Assembly (NCBI GenBank): GCA_031258155.1
Contig: JAIRNH010000056.1
Coordinates: 4,872-68,871, forward strand
Length of the DNA stretch: 64,000 nt
Direction of reading: 5' to 3'
DNA from: Helicobacteraceae bacterium
GTDB lineage: Bacteria > Campylobacterota > Campylobacteria > Campylobacterales > SZUA-545
In this document: positions 55,555 through 64,000 of the stretch, one piece after another
How the letters are laid out: each line of letters begins with the position of its first letter
Position numbering within the stretch: position 1 is the stretch's first letter
Program-made: the position numbers and the translations under genes
The notes under the pieces: model-generated
What the model saw: only the letters and a program-made list of their open reading frames with translations
Databases searched by the model: none
Told to the model about the DNA's origin: nothing

Positions 55555-57513
55555 ATGCGCAAAACGATTAAACATAGCGGCGAAATTAACGCGGCGATCG
55601 GCGCTTGCGCCTGCCGCGACGGCGAAGACCGCAAACTATTTGGCAAGAAAGCGATAATCGCGGGCGTTTTGATCTACGCGCTCGGCGCGGCGATTAACTT
55701 GCTGTGCGATTTTAATTTCGCCGTCTTGGGCGACATAGCGGCGAAATTAGCGCCGTATTTTAAGCTGGCGATTTTCCTGATAAGTTACGTTTTAGTCGGC
55801 GGCGATATAGTCAAAAAAGCGCTTTCAAACGTTCGTCGCTCCAAAAACATTTTCGACGAAAATTTTCTTATGAGCGCCGCCTCTATCGGCGCGTTTGCCA
55901 TTGGCGAATATCTTGAAGCCGTCGCGGTTATGGCGCTATATCAAATCGGCGAGGGATTGCAAGAAAGAGCGGCGGCAAACTCGAAAAAGTCTATAACGGC
56001 TCTGTTGGATATTAAGCCGGAATTCGCGAATTTGAAAGTGGGCGATCGGCTTGTCAAAACCGCGCCGCAATCAATCAAAGAGGGCGATATTATCGTGATC
56101 AAAGCCGGCGAGCGAGCGCCGTTAGACGGCGTTGTGCTAAGCGGGCGATCCGCGCTGGATATGTCCGCGCTTAGCGGGGAGTCCGCGCCCAAAGACGCGG
56201 CGGCGGGCGATACGATCTTATCGGGCGCAATCAATAAAAGCGGGGCGCTGACGGTAAAGGTAACGCGCGAGTTTTCCCAATCCGCCGTATCGAAGATCGT
56301 GAAATTCGTAGAGGAGGCGAGCGCCAAGAAAGCGAACGCGGAGCGGTTTATTACTAAATTCGCAAAAATCTATACGCCGATTGTGGTGGCGTGCGCCGCT
56401 ATGCTCGCCGTTTTGCCGCCGCTATTGATAGGAGCGTCGTTTACCGAATGGCTTTATAGGGCGCTGATTTTTCTGGTCGTATCCTGCCCGTGCGCGTTGG
56501 TTATATCGGTGCCGCTTAGCTTTTTTGCCGGACTTGGCGGCGCGTCGAGGCGCGGCATACTGATCAAAGGCGGCAACTATCTGGAGGCGCTAAGCCGCGT
56601 CGATACGGTAGCCTTCGACAAAACGGGAACGCTAACCAAAGGCAAATTTTCGGTAAGCGAAATATCGCCAAGCAACGGATTTAGCGAAGACGACCTGCTT
56701 TTCTACGCCGCCGCCGCCGAATCCGCCTCGCCGCACCCGATCGGCGCGTCAATCGCCGCGGCATACGACAAAAAAATAGACCAAAACGACGTTTCCGATC
56801 GCGAAGAGCTGCTAGGGTTTGGCGCTAGCGCCGTAGCGCGAGGCAGAACGGTTTTGATCGGCGGCGAAAAGCTAATGCGAAGCCGAAACATAGCTTTTCA
56901 AGAGGCAAAAACGAGCGGCGCGGCGTATGTCGCGATCGACGGCGTATATGCGGGATATATCGCAGTAGCCGACGAGATAAAACAAGAGAGCCTGACGATA
57001 GCGCGGGAATTAAAGGCGCTTGGCGTCCGCAACGTCGTTATGCTAACGGGCGATCGCAAAGCCATAGGCGAAGAGGTCGCCGCGAAGCTGGCGATCGACG
57101 AGGTTTATTCGGAGCTGTTGCCGCTGGAAAAGGCGGAGAAGATCGAACTTTTAGCGCGCGAGGCTTCGGCGAACAAAAAATTAGTTTTTGTCGGCGACGG
57201 CATAAACGACGCGCCCTCTTTGGCTAGGGCGGACATAGGAATCGCTATGGGCGCGTTGGGCGGTGATATAGCCGTGCAAGCCGCCGACGCGGCGCTGATG
57301 AACGACAATCCGCAAAGCGTGGCGATCGCGATTAAAATAGGCAAAAAAACGACGGCGATCGCCTCTCAAAATATCGCTCTGGCGCTTGGCGTAAAAGCGC
57401 TGGTATTGGCGCTTAGCGCGTTTGGCGTAAGCGGAATGTGGGCGGCGATTTTCGCGGACGTCGGCGTAACGCTTCTAGCGACGCTAAACGCGACCAGAGC
57501 GTTCAGAATCTAA
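55555..57513 (+). CDS. P1B-type heavy-metal (Cd/Zn/Co-type) translocating ATPase lacking an N-terminal HMA domain
   Basis: 652 aa; SCPCAL transmembrane metal site; DKTGTLT phosphorylation site; GDGINDAP hinge; short N-terminus with CAC only. Confidence 0.9.
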   Translation: MRKTIKHSGEINAAIGACACRDGEDRKLFGKKAIIAGVLIYALGAAINLLCDFNFAVLGDIAAKLAPYFKLAIFLISYVLVGGDIVKKALSNVRRSKNIFDENFLMSAASIGAFAIGEYLEAVAVMALYQIGEGLQERAAANSKKSITALLDIKPEFANLKVGDRLVKTAPQSIKEGDIIVIKAGERAPLDGVVLSGRSALDMSALSGESAPKDAAAGDTILSGAINKSGALTVKVTREFSQSAVSKIVKFVEEASAKKANAERFITKFAKIYTPIVVACAAMLAVLPPLLIGASFTEWLYRALIFLVVSCPCALVISVPLSFFAGLGGASRRGILIKGGNYLEALSRVDTVAFDKTGTLTKGKFSVSEISPSNGFSEDDLLFYAAAAESASPHPIGASIAAAYDKKIDQNDVSDREELLGFGASAVARGRTVLIGGEKLMRSRNIAFQEAKTSGAAYVAIDGVYAGYIAVADEIKQESLTIARELKALGVRNVVMLTGDRKAIGEEVAAKLAIDEVYSELLPLEKAEKIELLAREASANKKLVFVGDGINDAPSLARADIGIAMGALGGDIAVQAADAALMNDNPQSVAIAIKIGKKTTAIASQNIALALGVKALVLALSAFGVSGMWAAIFADVGVTLLATLNATRAFRI

Positions 57514-57812
57514 CCGTAAAGACGCGGATAAAAGCGGCTAAGGCTTATGTTGTCTCCGCTAATAAACGCTAGTTGCGCATGCTTGACGTTTTACTCAAAG
57601 GGCGCTCGATATATAAGCGCGTTAATTGGCGCTATACAAACGCGAGATCGTCAAAAGCGAGCGAAATTTTGGCGGCGTTTGACTTTCTTTTTGCCGACGA
57701 ACCCGCGCTAATTATAACCTTGCCGGTTTTTACGAGCGGATAAAAAGCGGTTTTTGAACGGGGCAAAGCCGCGCCGGCGTTTAAGATTTTTTAGCGTTTA
57801 TAAAAACCGATT

Positions 57813-58541
57813 TTATACCTGCGTTTTGCTCGTCGCCGAAAGCTCTTCCATCTGATTTCTGATCCATCGTTCATATTCTTGATGAATCTGATCGGCGCTC
57901 TTGCCCTCCGTCTCGATCGGCTTTCCGATCCTAAGCGCGATCGTTCCGCTACGCTTTAGAAACTTTCTAGCCGGCCAACAAGCGCCCGCGTTGTGCGCGA
58001 TCGGTAGCGCCGCCGCGCCGGTCTGTTTTGCCAATATCGCCGCGCTTCTTTTAAACTCGACCCTATCTCCTAACGCCACGCGCGTGCCTTCGGGAAAAAT
58101 CAATACCGAGGATCCCGCTCTAAGTTTTTGCGCGCCGACCTTTAACACCCGTTTGGACGCGCCGACGGCGCTTGAGCGATCAATGGCGATCGGACGCAAG
58201 AACGCCAGCGACCAGCCAAAAAACGGAATCCACAATAGCTCGCGTTTCAAAATGGTGCAGATAGGCACGATTAACGTTTGCAACGCGTATGTTTCCCAAG
58301 CGCTCTGATGGTTGGCGACGACTACGACGGCTCTGTCCTTCGGTATATTTTCCAGCCCCTCAAAGCGGTATTTCACCCCGCAGGTAACGCGAAGCCAAAA
58401 CGACGAGCAGCGAAAAACGCCTATCGGCACAAAAAAACGCGCTTTATACGGGATAAATATCCCTAGTAACGCTCCGGTAGCCGTAATAGAAAAAACAATC
58501 AGAAAGTAGCCCGCCGCGAACAAAAAGGAGCGAAAATACAT
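57813..58541 (-). CDS. 1-acyl-sn-glycerol-3-phosphate acyltransferase (PlsC-like)
   Basis: NHQSAWE (HX4D/E) and FPEGTR motifs; start set at the ATG 58539-58541 (GGGAG upstream) rather than the longer 58628 start in the track. Confidence 0.75.
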   Translation of the reverse strand: MYFRSFLFAAGYFLIVFSITATGALLGIFIPYKARFFVPIGVFRCSSFWLRVTCGVKYRFEGLENIPKDRAVVVVANHQSAWETYALQTLIVPICTILKRELLWIPFFGWSLAFLRPIAIDRSSAVGASKRVLKVGAQKLRAGSSVLIFPEGTRVALGDRVEFKRSAAILAKQTGAAALPIAHNAGACWPARKFLKRSGTIALRIGKPIETEGKSADQIHQEYERWIRNQMEELSATSKTQV

Positions 58542-58672
58542 AGCCAAATCTCCCGAATAACGCGCGAATTCTAGCCGATTTTGCCAAAACGCCATAATGC
58601 GTAACGCCCGCGCGAAAAACGGCGGCAAAAAAGCGCGTATTTACCCGCGCGTTCTAACGCGCGATTGTCGCT

Positions 58673-59386
58673 TTATTCAATGTCGAGACTAGAAAAATGT
58701 TCGTCGCGATCTTTTCGTTCGTCTTGACGGCGTTCCGCGCGATTAGCGATCCTGCCGTGCTTTAGCCATACGGCTCGCTCGGCGCGTTTTGCCACCGTTT
58801 TATCGTGGGTAACGACGATAATCGCGCTGCCTTCGGCGTTAAGATTGGCGAAAATATCCATTACGATCTTCTCGTTCTCCTCGTCGAGATTACCCGTCGG
58901 CTCGTCGGCTAGGATCAGCTTGGGGTAGTTGATCAGCGCTCTAGCGATGCAAACCCTTTGACGCTCGCCGCCCGAAAGCTCTTTGGGCAGATGTTTGCCC
59001 CGATCGCCTAGCCCCACGCGCTCTAGCGCCTTTTTCGCCTCCCGCTCGTCCGCCATGCTGTGGTAATACTGCGCCAACATCACATTTTGCAGGGCGTTTA
59101 GATACGGCACAAGGTGAAACTGCTGAAATATCAAGCCGATCTTCTCTCTTCGTATGGCGGTCAGCGTTTTCAGGCTCGCCTTAGATATGTCCTCTCCGTC
59201 GAAAATTGTCGTTCCGCTCGTGGCTCTGTCCAGACAACCGACTATGTTCATCATAGTGGTTTTGCCCGATCCCGAAGGACCCATCACCGCAAGCCACTCG
59301 CCCTCTTTTACCTCCAGATCGACGTTGTTAAGCGCCGCGAGCGAGTCGTATAGCACGGACACGCTTTTAAGTTCTACTATATTCAT
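58673..59386 (-). CDS. ABC transporter ATP-binding protein (MacB/LolD-like), Cj1663-like
   Basis: 237 aa; Walker A GPSGSGKTT; signature LSGGERQRV; Walker B ILADEPTGNLD; charged C-terminal tail. Confidence 0.9.
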   Translation of the reverse strand: MNIVELKSVSVLYDSLAALNNVDLEVKEGEWLAVMGPSGSGKTTMMNIVGCLDRATSGTTIFDGEDISKASLKTLTAIRREKIGLIFQQFHLVPYLNALQNVMLAQYYHSMADEREAKKALERVGLGDRGKHLPKELSGGERQRVCIARALINYPKLILADEPTGNLDEENEKIVMDIFANLNAEGSAIIVVTHDKTVAKRAERAVWLKHGRIANRAERRQDERKDRDEHFSSLDIE

Positions 59387-59388
59387 CG

Positions 59389-60486
59389 TTACTCTCCTCT
59401 TAAAACCGCGATCGGATCGACGCTCGTCGCCTTATAAACGGGGAAGATAGCCGCCGTCGCCGTGAAAGCGACGCAAACCGCGATCGATACGAGCGCCAAG
59501 CCAACGTCAAAATTTATCGAAGCGTCAAACACCGATAAACTTGTAAAGTTCGCGAACGCGAAGCCAAACAGACAGCCAAGAATCCCGCCTAAAAACCCTA
59601 AAATGATCGCTTCGGATAAAAATTCAAATGCTATATCTCGATTTTCCGCTCCGATCGCCTTCTTTAGCCCGATCTCCTTTTGGCGCTCCAAAACGGTCGC
59701 CGCCATAGTGGAAGAAACGCAGATCATCGTGAGCGCGATCGCGGCGATCGTTACAAGCGCCATCAGCGCCCTAAGTTTTGTTAGCACCGCGTTTTCGGAG
59801 TTTGCCACTCTCTTGATCGATTTTGGCGTTATACGCGGCAGCTCGTTTGCCAAAAGCGCTCGCAACTCCTCCAAAGCCTCGCCGGAGAGGCTAACCGACA
59901 GCTCCGCTAGATCAGCCGCGTAGCCGTCGCCGATATTCATATACAAAAAGCCGTCCCCGCCGCCGCCCGTTTTTACGATCGCGCTGATATTTACCTCTCT
60001 AGCCTCAAGCTCCGTTACCGAGCCTATCTCTAGTTTCAGAGCGTTTGCCAGATCGACTCCCGCGATCGCCTCGTTAGCGTTTTTAGGAAGCGTTCCGTTA
60101 AGCTGCCAATACGGATTGATGGCGAAGGCTTGTTCAAGATCGGAATACGCCGTCGTTATAGGTTGCTGATTTAGCCGCATACTTTTATACATATAGGGAG
60201 CGGCGCCCACCAGCGAGCCTTGCGGCGCCAGCTCTTTTATCTTTGATAAATCCTCTTTAGACACGCCGTTCTCGCCGATTAGAATAATGTTCGCCCCGTA
60301 AGCGCGAAAGACTTCGGCTAATCTGCGCGGCATATCGTAATAGATGGCGAGCATGCCAAAAAACGCCGTCGCGCCAAGCGAAACGGCGAGCAGAGCCGTC
60401 GCTATGCGCGATCGCCTGCGGATAAATACTCCTAGCAACGCCGCTAGAAATAGCTTGAGGTTTGCCGCGCGCGCGATCTTAACCAT
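59389..60486 (-). CDS. FtsX-like ABC transporter permease
   Basis: 365 aa; N-terminal TM, periplasmic domain, three C-terminal TM helices (FtsX fold). Confidence 0.85.
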   Translation of the reverse strand: MVKIARAANLKLFLAALLGVFIRRRSRIATALLAVSLGATAFFGMLAIYYDMPRRLAEVFRAYGANIILIGENGVSKEDLSKIKELAPQGSLVGAAPYMYKSMRLNQQPITTAYSDLEQAFAINPYWQLNGTLPKNANEAIAGVDLANALKLEIGSVTELEAREVNISAIVKTGGGGDGFLYMNIGDGYAADLAELSVSLSGEALEELRALLANELPRITPKSIKRVANSENAVLTKLRALMALVTIAAIALTMICVSSTMAATVLERQKEIGLKKAIGAENRDIAFEFLSEAIILGFLGGILGCLFGFAFANFTSLSVFDASINFDVGLALVSIAVCVAFTATAAIFPVYKATSVDPIAVLRGE

Positions 60487-61735
60487 GCAAAGCCTCGGCG
60501 GGACGAGTCGCGCACAATATTTTCATAGCGGGCGCGCTCCCTATAATCGTCGTAGCAAAAACGAGAAGCGCCACTATCGGGATCGCAAGGACGTTTGGCT
60601 CTACCGTCGCGTCAAACACGGCGCGACCGATAAAAGCGGCGAGCTTCAACCCCGCCAGATAGCCTATAAAAGCGCCCGCGAAAGCGGCGATCATCACCTG
60701 AGTTAATACCAGCAGAATAATCTGCGTATCGAGCGCGCCGATCGCTTTGAGCAACCCGATCTCGGCGGTTTTTTCCATAACGTAGGTCGTAACCAAGCTG
60801 GAGATGCCAAGCGCGGAGCAGGCGAGCGTCAAAGCGGTCAAAAGCAGCATAAGCAGTTGAATTTTGTTGAGTATCGCGCCTTCGGATTGCGAAATCTGCA
60901 AAACCGCTTTAGCTCGCGCGTTTGGCAGCGCCTCCTCGATCTGATAGGCGATAGAGCTTATATACGCGGTGCAATACCACGTCTCCCACTCGTCCAAAGA
61001 GAGGTTGCTTGGATCCTGCGCGGCTTTGCGAGCGAGATCGTTCTCCGGAGTGGTCAAGGCGCTTAGATCGACCTGCGAGATTAGCCCCTCTTTGCCCGCG
61101 ATCGCCTGCGCCGAGGCAAGCGGCATAAAGATATAGTCGTCCTCCTCGCCGCCCGCTAAAAAGGCAGCCGTGATCGTAAATTTGCGCCCTTTTATTTCAA
61201 TCTCGTCGCCCGCGCCAAGATTTAGCCTTTTTGCCGCTTCGCTTCCTATCATCGCCTCGTTTGGCGCGTCGTCTTTAGGCCATTCGCCCTCGATATGCCA
61301 CCACGATTTCAGCCCGATAACCCCCGTAACGACGCTTTCGCCCGTAGGCAATTCGGACTCCTTATTGAACCATGTTCCAGCCAGACGAAAGGTTTCGCCG
61401 TTTATCTCTTCGTCCGCGAACAGAAACGGGGCGAGATCGACGATATTATGCGCCCAAAAGATGGTTTTGATCTTTAGCGCGTCTATCTCGCGGAGATATT
61501 CGGAGTTCGCGCTCTCCTCCTCGTTATACATATCGGAGAGGATCGAGGCAAACTTGGGGCGCACGACAATATTCGCGCCGTATGCCTTCAACTCCTTATT
61601 CACCTTGTCGCCTATGTCAAACATTGTGTTGAGCATAGCCGCCGCGATCGCCGCGCCCAACCCCGCGGTGATCGCGAGCGCCAAAAATTTGCCTCTTTGG
61701 CGCGCAAAAGCGCCTTTGATCATCTGTATAAACAT
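60479..61735 (-). CDS. FtsX-like ABC transporter permease
   Basis: 418 aa; same topology as the preceding permease; overlaps it by 8 nt. Confidence 0.85.
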   Translation of the reverse strand: MFIQMIKGAFARQRGKFLALAITAGLGAAIAAAMLNTMFDIGDKVNKELKAYGANIVVRPKFASILSDMYNEEESANSEYLREIDALKIKTIFWAHNIVDLAPFLFADEEINGETFRLAGTWFNKESELPTGESVVTGVIGLKSWWHIEGEWPKDDAPNEAMIGSEAAKRLNLGAGDEIEIKGRKFTITAAFLAGGEEDDYIFMPLASAQAIAGKEGLISQVDLSALTTPENDLARKAAQDPSNLSLDEWETWYCTAYISSIAYQIEEALPNARAKAVLQISQSEGAILNKIQLLMLLLTALTLACSALGISSLVTTYVMEKTAEIGLLKAIGALDTQIILLVLTQVMIAAFAGAFIGYLAGLKLAAFIGRAVFDATVEPNVLAIPIVALLVFATTIIGSAPAMKILCATRPAEALHG

Positions 61736-63033
61736 TATCTAAACCTATCTTCCTCGTCCTCTAACGCTTTAACGTAAATGCGCAAAGTCGAATTTGTTAC
61801 CTCGTATGGGAAGGGAATGGGGTTGCATCCGCCGCGAAAACCGATCGTCGCTTTGTTGATCGCCACGCCGCAACGCGAGCAGATCACCTTGCCCTTCTCC
61901 TCGTAGTATCCGCTTACGCCGCATATCTCGCACGCGTCCAGCCCCACTCCGTAACCGCCGCGATCTTTTTTAATGATGATAAACCTAATCTCGGTTCCGT
62001 TGGCGCTCTTATAGGCGTATCGTTTCAGCCGCCCGTCGTCGAACTCCTCCAGCGCGAAGACAATCACGCCGTTTTCGGCGCTTACGCTAACGGCGGGGGA
62101 GATTTCGACCTCTCTTTCGGCGAGATACGATCCGCCTTTGGCGAAGAGGGCGGCGGCGAAAAGCGAAAGCGTCGTTAAGACGTAAAAACGCCGTTTGCTC
62201 TTTGACTGCGCGAATAATTTACGCCTGATCGCGGGATTTGGAGCGGAGATCACGTTGAGTTTGTTTGCCGCGTAGAGCAGATCGCGGTTTGTGCCGCCGT
62301 TTTGCGACACGACGAATATCTTGCGGTTTTCTACCGCGTAGAGCGTCGCGGCTACGGAGACGGTTGCGGCGCAAGCGGCGTAAAACAGCCAACTAAGATG
62401 TTCAGAGATCAAGAAAACCGCGTCTATAAGCCAACGCGGGATTACGCCTCTTGGATAGAGCGCGTATATCACGCTTAGCGCCTCGTGAATAACGACAAGC
62501 AGAAGTATCGCGCCGCCAAGCGATAAAAAAATCTTTTTCGACGAGCTAAGCGCCGCTTGATAGACCGAGTAGTATAAGATTAGCAACGTCGCCAGAGCCA
62601 GCGCGTAGCCGAACCATTTAAGAGCAAACTCCTCGTTGTAGATGTTGTCCATTCCGACGGAAAACTCGGAAGGATAGAGAAATATATCGACAAGCCCGTA
62701 GGCAAGCAAAAGAAATAGTATAAGCGGGATAAAAAACCTAACGATCGCCGCCGAAGAGCGAAAACGCGGCGCGAAAAAGAGAAAAAACGCGAAAATAAGT
62801 TGCGCGATAATCAACGGAATCAGGATAATCAGATTGTAATACTCGCGGTTGATCCATCTGGTGTTAGCATACAAAATAGCGATTATTAGGGCGGTTAAAA
62901 ACCCAAGAGCGGAAGCGACGACGACGCTTTTAGCGCGAATCTTCTCCCCGTCGGAAAGAGCGCCAAGCAAAACGCCCAGCAAAACAAGAGTAAAAAAGAG
63001 CGTGTTTATAACATTTACTAAATAGTGAAGCAT
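61735..63033 (-). CDS. polytopic membrane protein with C-terminal Cys-rich DUF2318-like domain (Cj1660-like)
   Basis: 432 aa; about 7 TM helices, then CEICGVSGYYEEKGKVICSRCG...GGCNPIP. Confidence 0.8.
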   Translation of the reverse strand: MLHYLVNVINTLFFTLVLLGVLLGALSDGEKIRAKSVVVASALGFLTALIIAILYANTRWINREYYNLIILIPLIIAQLIFAFFLFFAPRFRSSAAIVRFFIPLILFLLLAYGLVDIFLYPSEFSVGMDNIYNEEFALKWFGYALALATLLILYYSVYQAALSSSKKIFLSLGGAILLLVVIHEALSVIYALYPRGVIPRWLIDAVFLISEHLSWLFYAACAATVSVAATLYAVENRKIFVVSQNGGTNRDLLYAANKLNVISAPNPAIRRKLFAQSKSKRRFYVLTTLSLFAAALFAKGGSYLAEREVEISPAVSVSAENGVIVFALEEFDDGRLKRYAYKSANGTEIRFIIIKKDRGGYGVGLDACEICGVSGYYEEKGKVICSRCGVAINKATIGFRGGCNPIPFPYEVTNSTLRIYVKALEDEEDRFR

Positions 63034-63137
63034 TTTTCTTGACCTTCGTTTTAGATAATCGCTCTAAAAATCAAACGCCCCGATTCGGAAAGTCCCGATC
63101 GAGGCGTTTTAGCGAGTCGAATTATACGATCAGCTTC

Positions 63138-63701
63138 TTACCACTTGCGCGGAACGAAATTGAAATCCCAGCTTACCTCGATCGGCTTCGCCCAGAATCT
63201 GCCTTCTACGCCCGTTTCTTTATCAACGTGGAGCAGATAGCCCGTTCTTTCCGGATTTTCTACGATAAAGGTAATTTTGTATTTACCAGCGCCGTCAAGT
63301 TTGATGTTGTTGCCATAGTGCGGTCCGTCGCTCGCGTTCATCGGCATAAAAGTGCCTTCTTGAACCTTGGAGCTGCCTTGCTTTTGGATCTTATACTTCA
63401 CCGTCAGATAAGGCACGAAATCACCCGCGCCGTAGCCGAGATTGTTGCCTTCGCGCGCGGAAATATCCGCTTCGAGGTGCATATCCGCTTTGGACGGAGG
63501 CAGGTTGCCCGCGAGCGCTTTAGGTTCCATCAGCACCGGTTGAAAATAGACCCCCGCGATATGCAAGGGTCCTACGTCGAACTCGTCGCCAAGAGGGAAC
63601 TCCTCGAAGCCCGCCGCCTCTTCGGGAGCGGGAGCCGCAAAAATCGCGCTAGGCAGGAACGCCAGCGCCGCCGCTAAGAAAACTTTAGAAACGCGAACCA
63701 T
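63138..63701 (-). CDS. p19: periplasmic iron/copper-binding protein P19
   Basis: 187 aa; signal peptide; HLEADI, MPMNASDGPHYG and HVDKETG motifs align with C. jejuni P19 as recalled. Confidence 0.9.
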   Translation of the reverse strand: MVRVSKVFLAAALAFLPSAIFAAPAPEEAAGFEEFPLGDEFDVGPLHIAGVYFQPVLMEPKALAGNLPPSKADMHLEADISAREGNNLGYGAGDFVPYLTVKYKIQKQGSSKVQEGTFMPMNASDGPHYGNNIKLDGAGKYKITFIVENPERTGYLLHVDKETGVEGRFWAKPIEVSWDFNFVPRKW

Positions 63702-63809
63702 TGTAAATCCTCCACAATGTTTAATAATCCCTTATACGCAAGAGATACGATTAAGGCTTGATTGAAGCCAAACTAGCCCGCTTACGCGGACGACTAAAAA
63801 CGCCAAAAA

Positions 63810-63834
63810 GCCCGCGCCAAATTATGGCGGGCGG
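63810..63834 (-). other. imperfect GC-rich stem-loop flanked by A/T runs between ftr1 and p19
   Basis: GCCCGCGCC-N7-GGCGGGCGG pairs only with bulges; minus strand reads hairpin then TTTTTGGCGTTTTT. Confidence 0.3.
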
Positions 63835-63856
63835 ACTTTTGCTAACAGAACGGACA

Positions 63857-64000
63857 TTACGCGCTCCTTGTTTTTCTCATGTAATATAGAAACGAGCCGA
63901 TCGCCAAAATCAGCAGCGCGATCTGCGGCGCAAGCGTTTCGATCGTGGGATAGACGCCCAGCAGATCGATCGTGGGAACATAATCGACGCTAGTAACGCT
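63857..64000 (-). CDS. FTR1-family iron permease, 3' end only (gene continues beyond the window)
   Basis: 47 C-terminal codons (...LLGVYPTIETLAPQIALLILAIGSFLYYMRKTRSA*); call rests mainly on position directly upstream of p19. Confidence 0.6.
   Translation of the reverse strand, partial: SVTSVDYVPTIDLLGVYPTIETLAPQIALLILAIGSFLYYMRKTRSA

Noticed and set aside
58542-58628. Longer start (58628) for the PlsC-like acyltransferase
   Set aside because: The extra 29 residues have no SD. The ATG at 58541 is preceded by GGGAG and begins directly with the expected N-terminal TM helix.
63039-63677. 212-aa ORF on the plus strand
   Set aside because: It is entirely antisense to the well-supported p19 gene, is Arg-rich and has no motifs. 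It is a GC-driven shadow ORF.

Overview
Gene-dense 64-kb chromosomal segment (about 75 CDS). No rRNA, tRNA, CRISPR array, transposase or integrase was recognised. Gene content and synteny point to a relatively G+C-rich member of the Campylobacterota. Evidence for that: rpsR-ssb-rpsF-holA-rnr; ilvC-minD-minE-dprA-ruvX; trxA...trxB; a desulforubrerythrin; and an ftr1-p19-DUF2318-ABC iron-uptake cluster like C. jejuni Cj1658-Cj1663. Most genes are housekeeping: lon, hemN, pgi, pfkA, a complete pstSCAB-phoU-phoBR operon, luxS-metK, cell-envelope genes (mltD-like, rlpA, lptC/lptA-like, mrdA), hisB, ilvC, dapB, purF and hypB-hypE-hypA. Best candidate for something new: an A+T-rich 456-aa gene (39130-40500) spliced by overlapping start and stop codons into the conserved minDE-dprA operon. 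It encodes a two-TM, coiled-coil protein ending in a HEPN-type RNxxxH motif. Other unusual content: (1) an HTH-S24 repressor plus Y-family polymerase cassette. (2) Two loci of ATTCCC-N8-GGGAAT hairpin repeats (Neisseria dRS3-like architecture), each next to a frameshifted RCC1-repeat lipoprotein paralogue. (3) A tandem partial duplication of the metK 3' region. (4) A Leu-rich mini-ORF upstream of a short-form LeuA-like synthase. (5) A decaying gene-poor region (47.5-48.8 kb) with a VOC gene remnant and a toxin-like mini-ORF. (6) A CadC/P1B-ATPase module with SmtB-type operators. (7) Window-wide over-representation of the palindrome (G)CGATCG(C). All functional calls come from reading motifs in the supplied translations; no database search was run.
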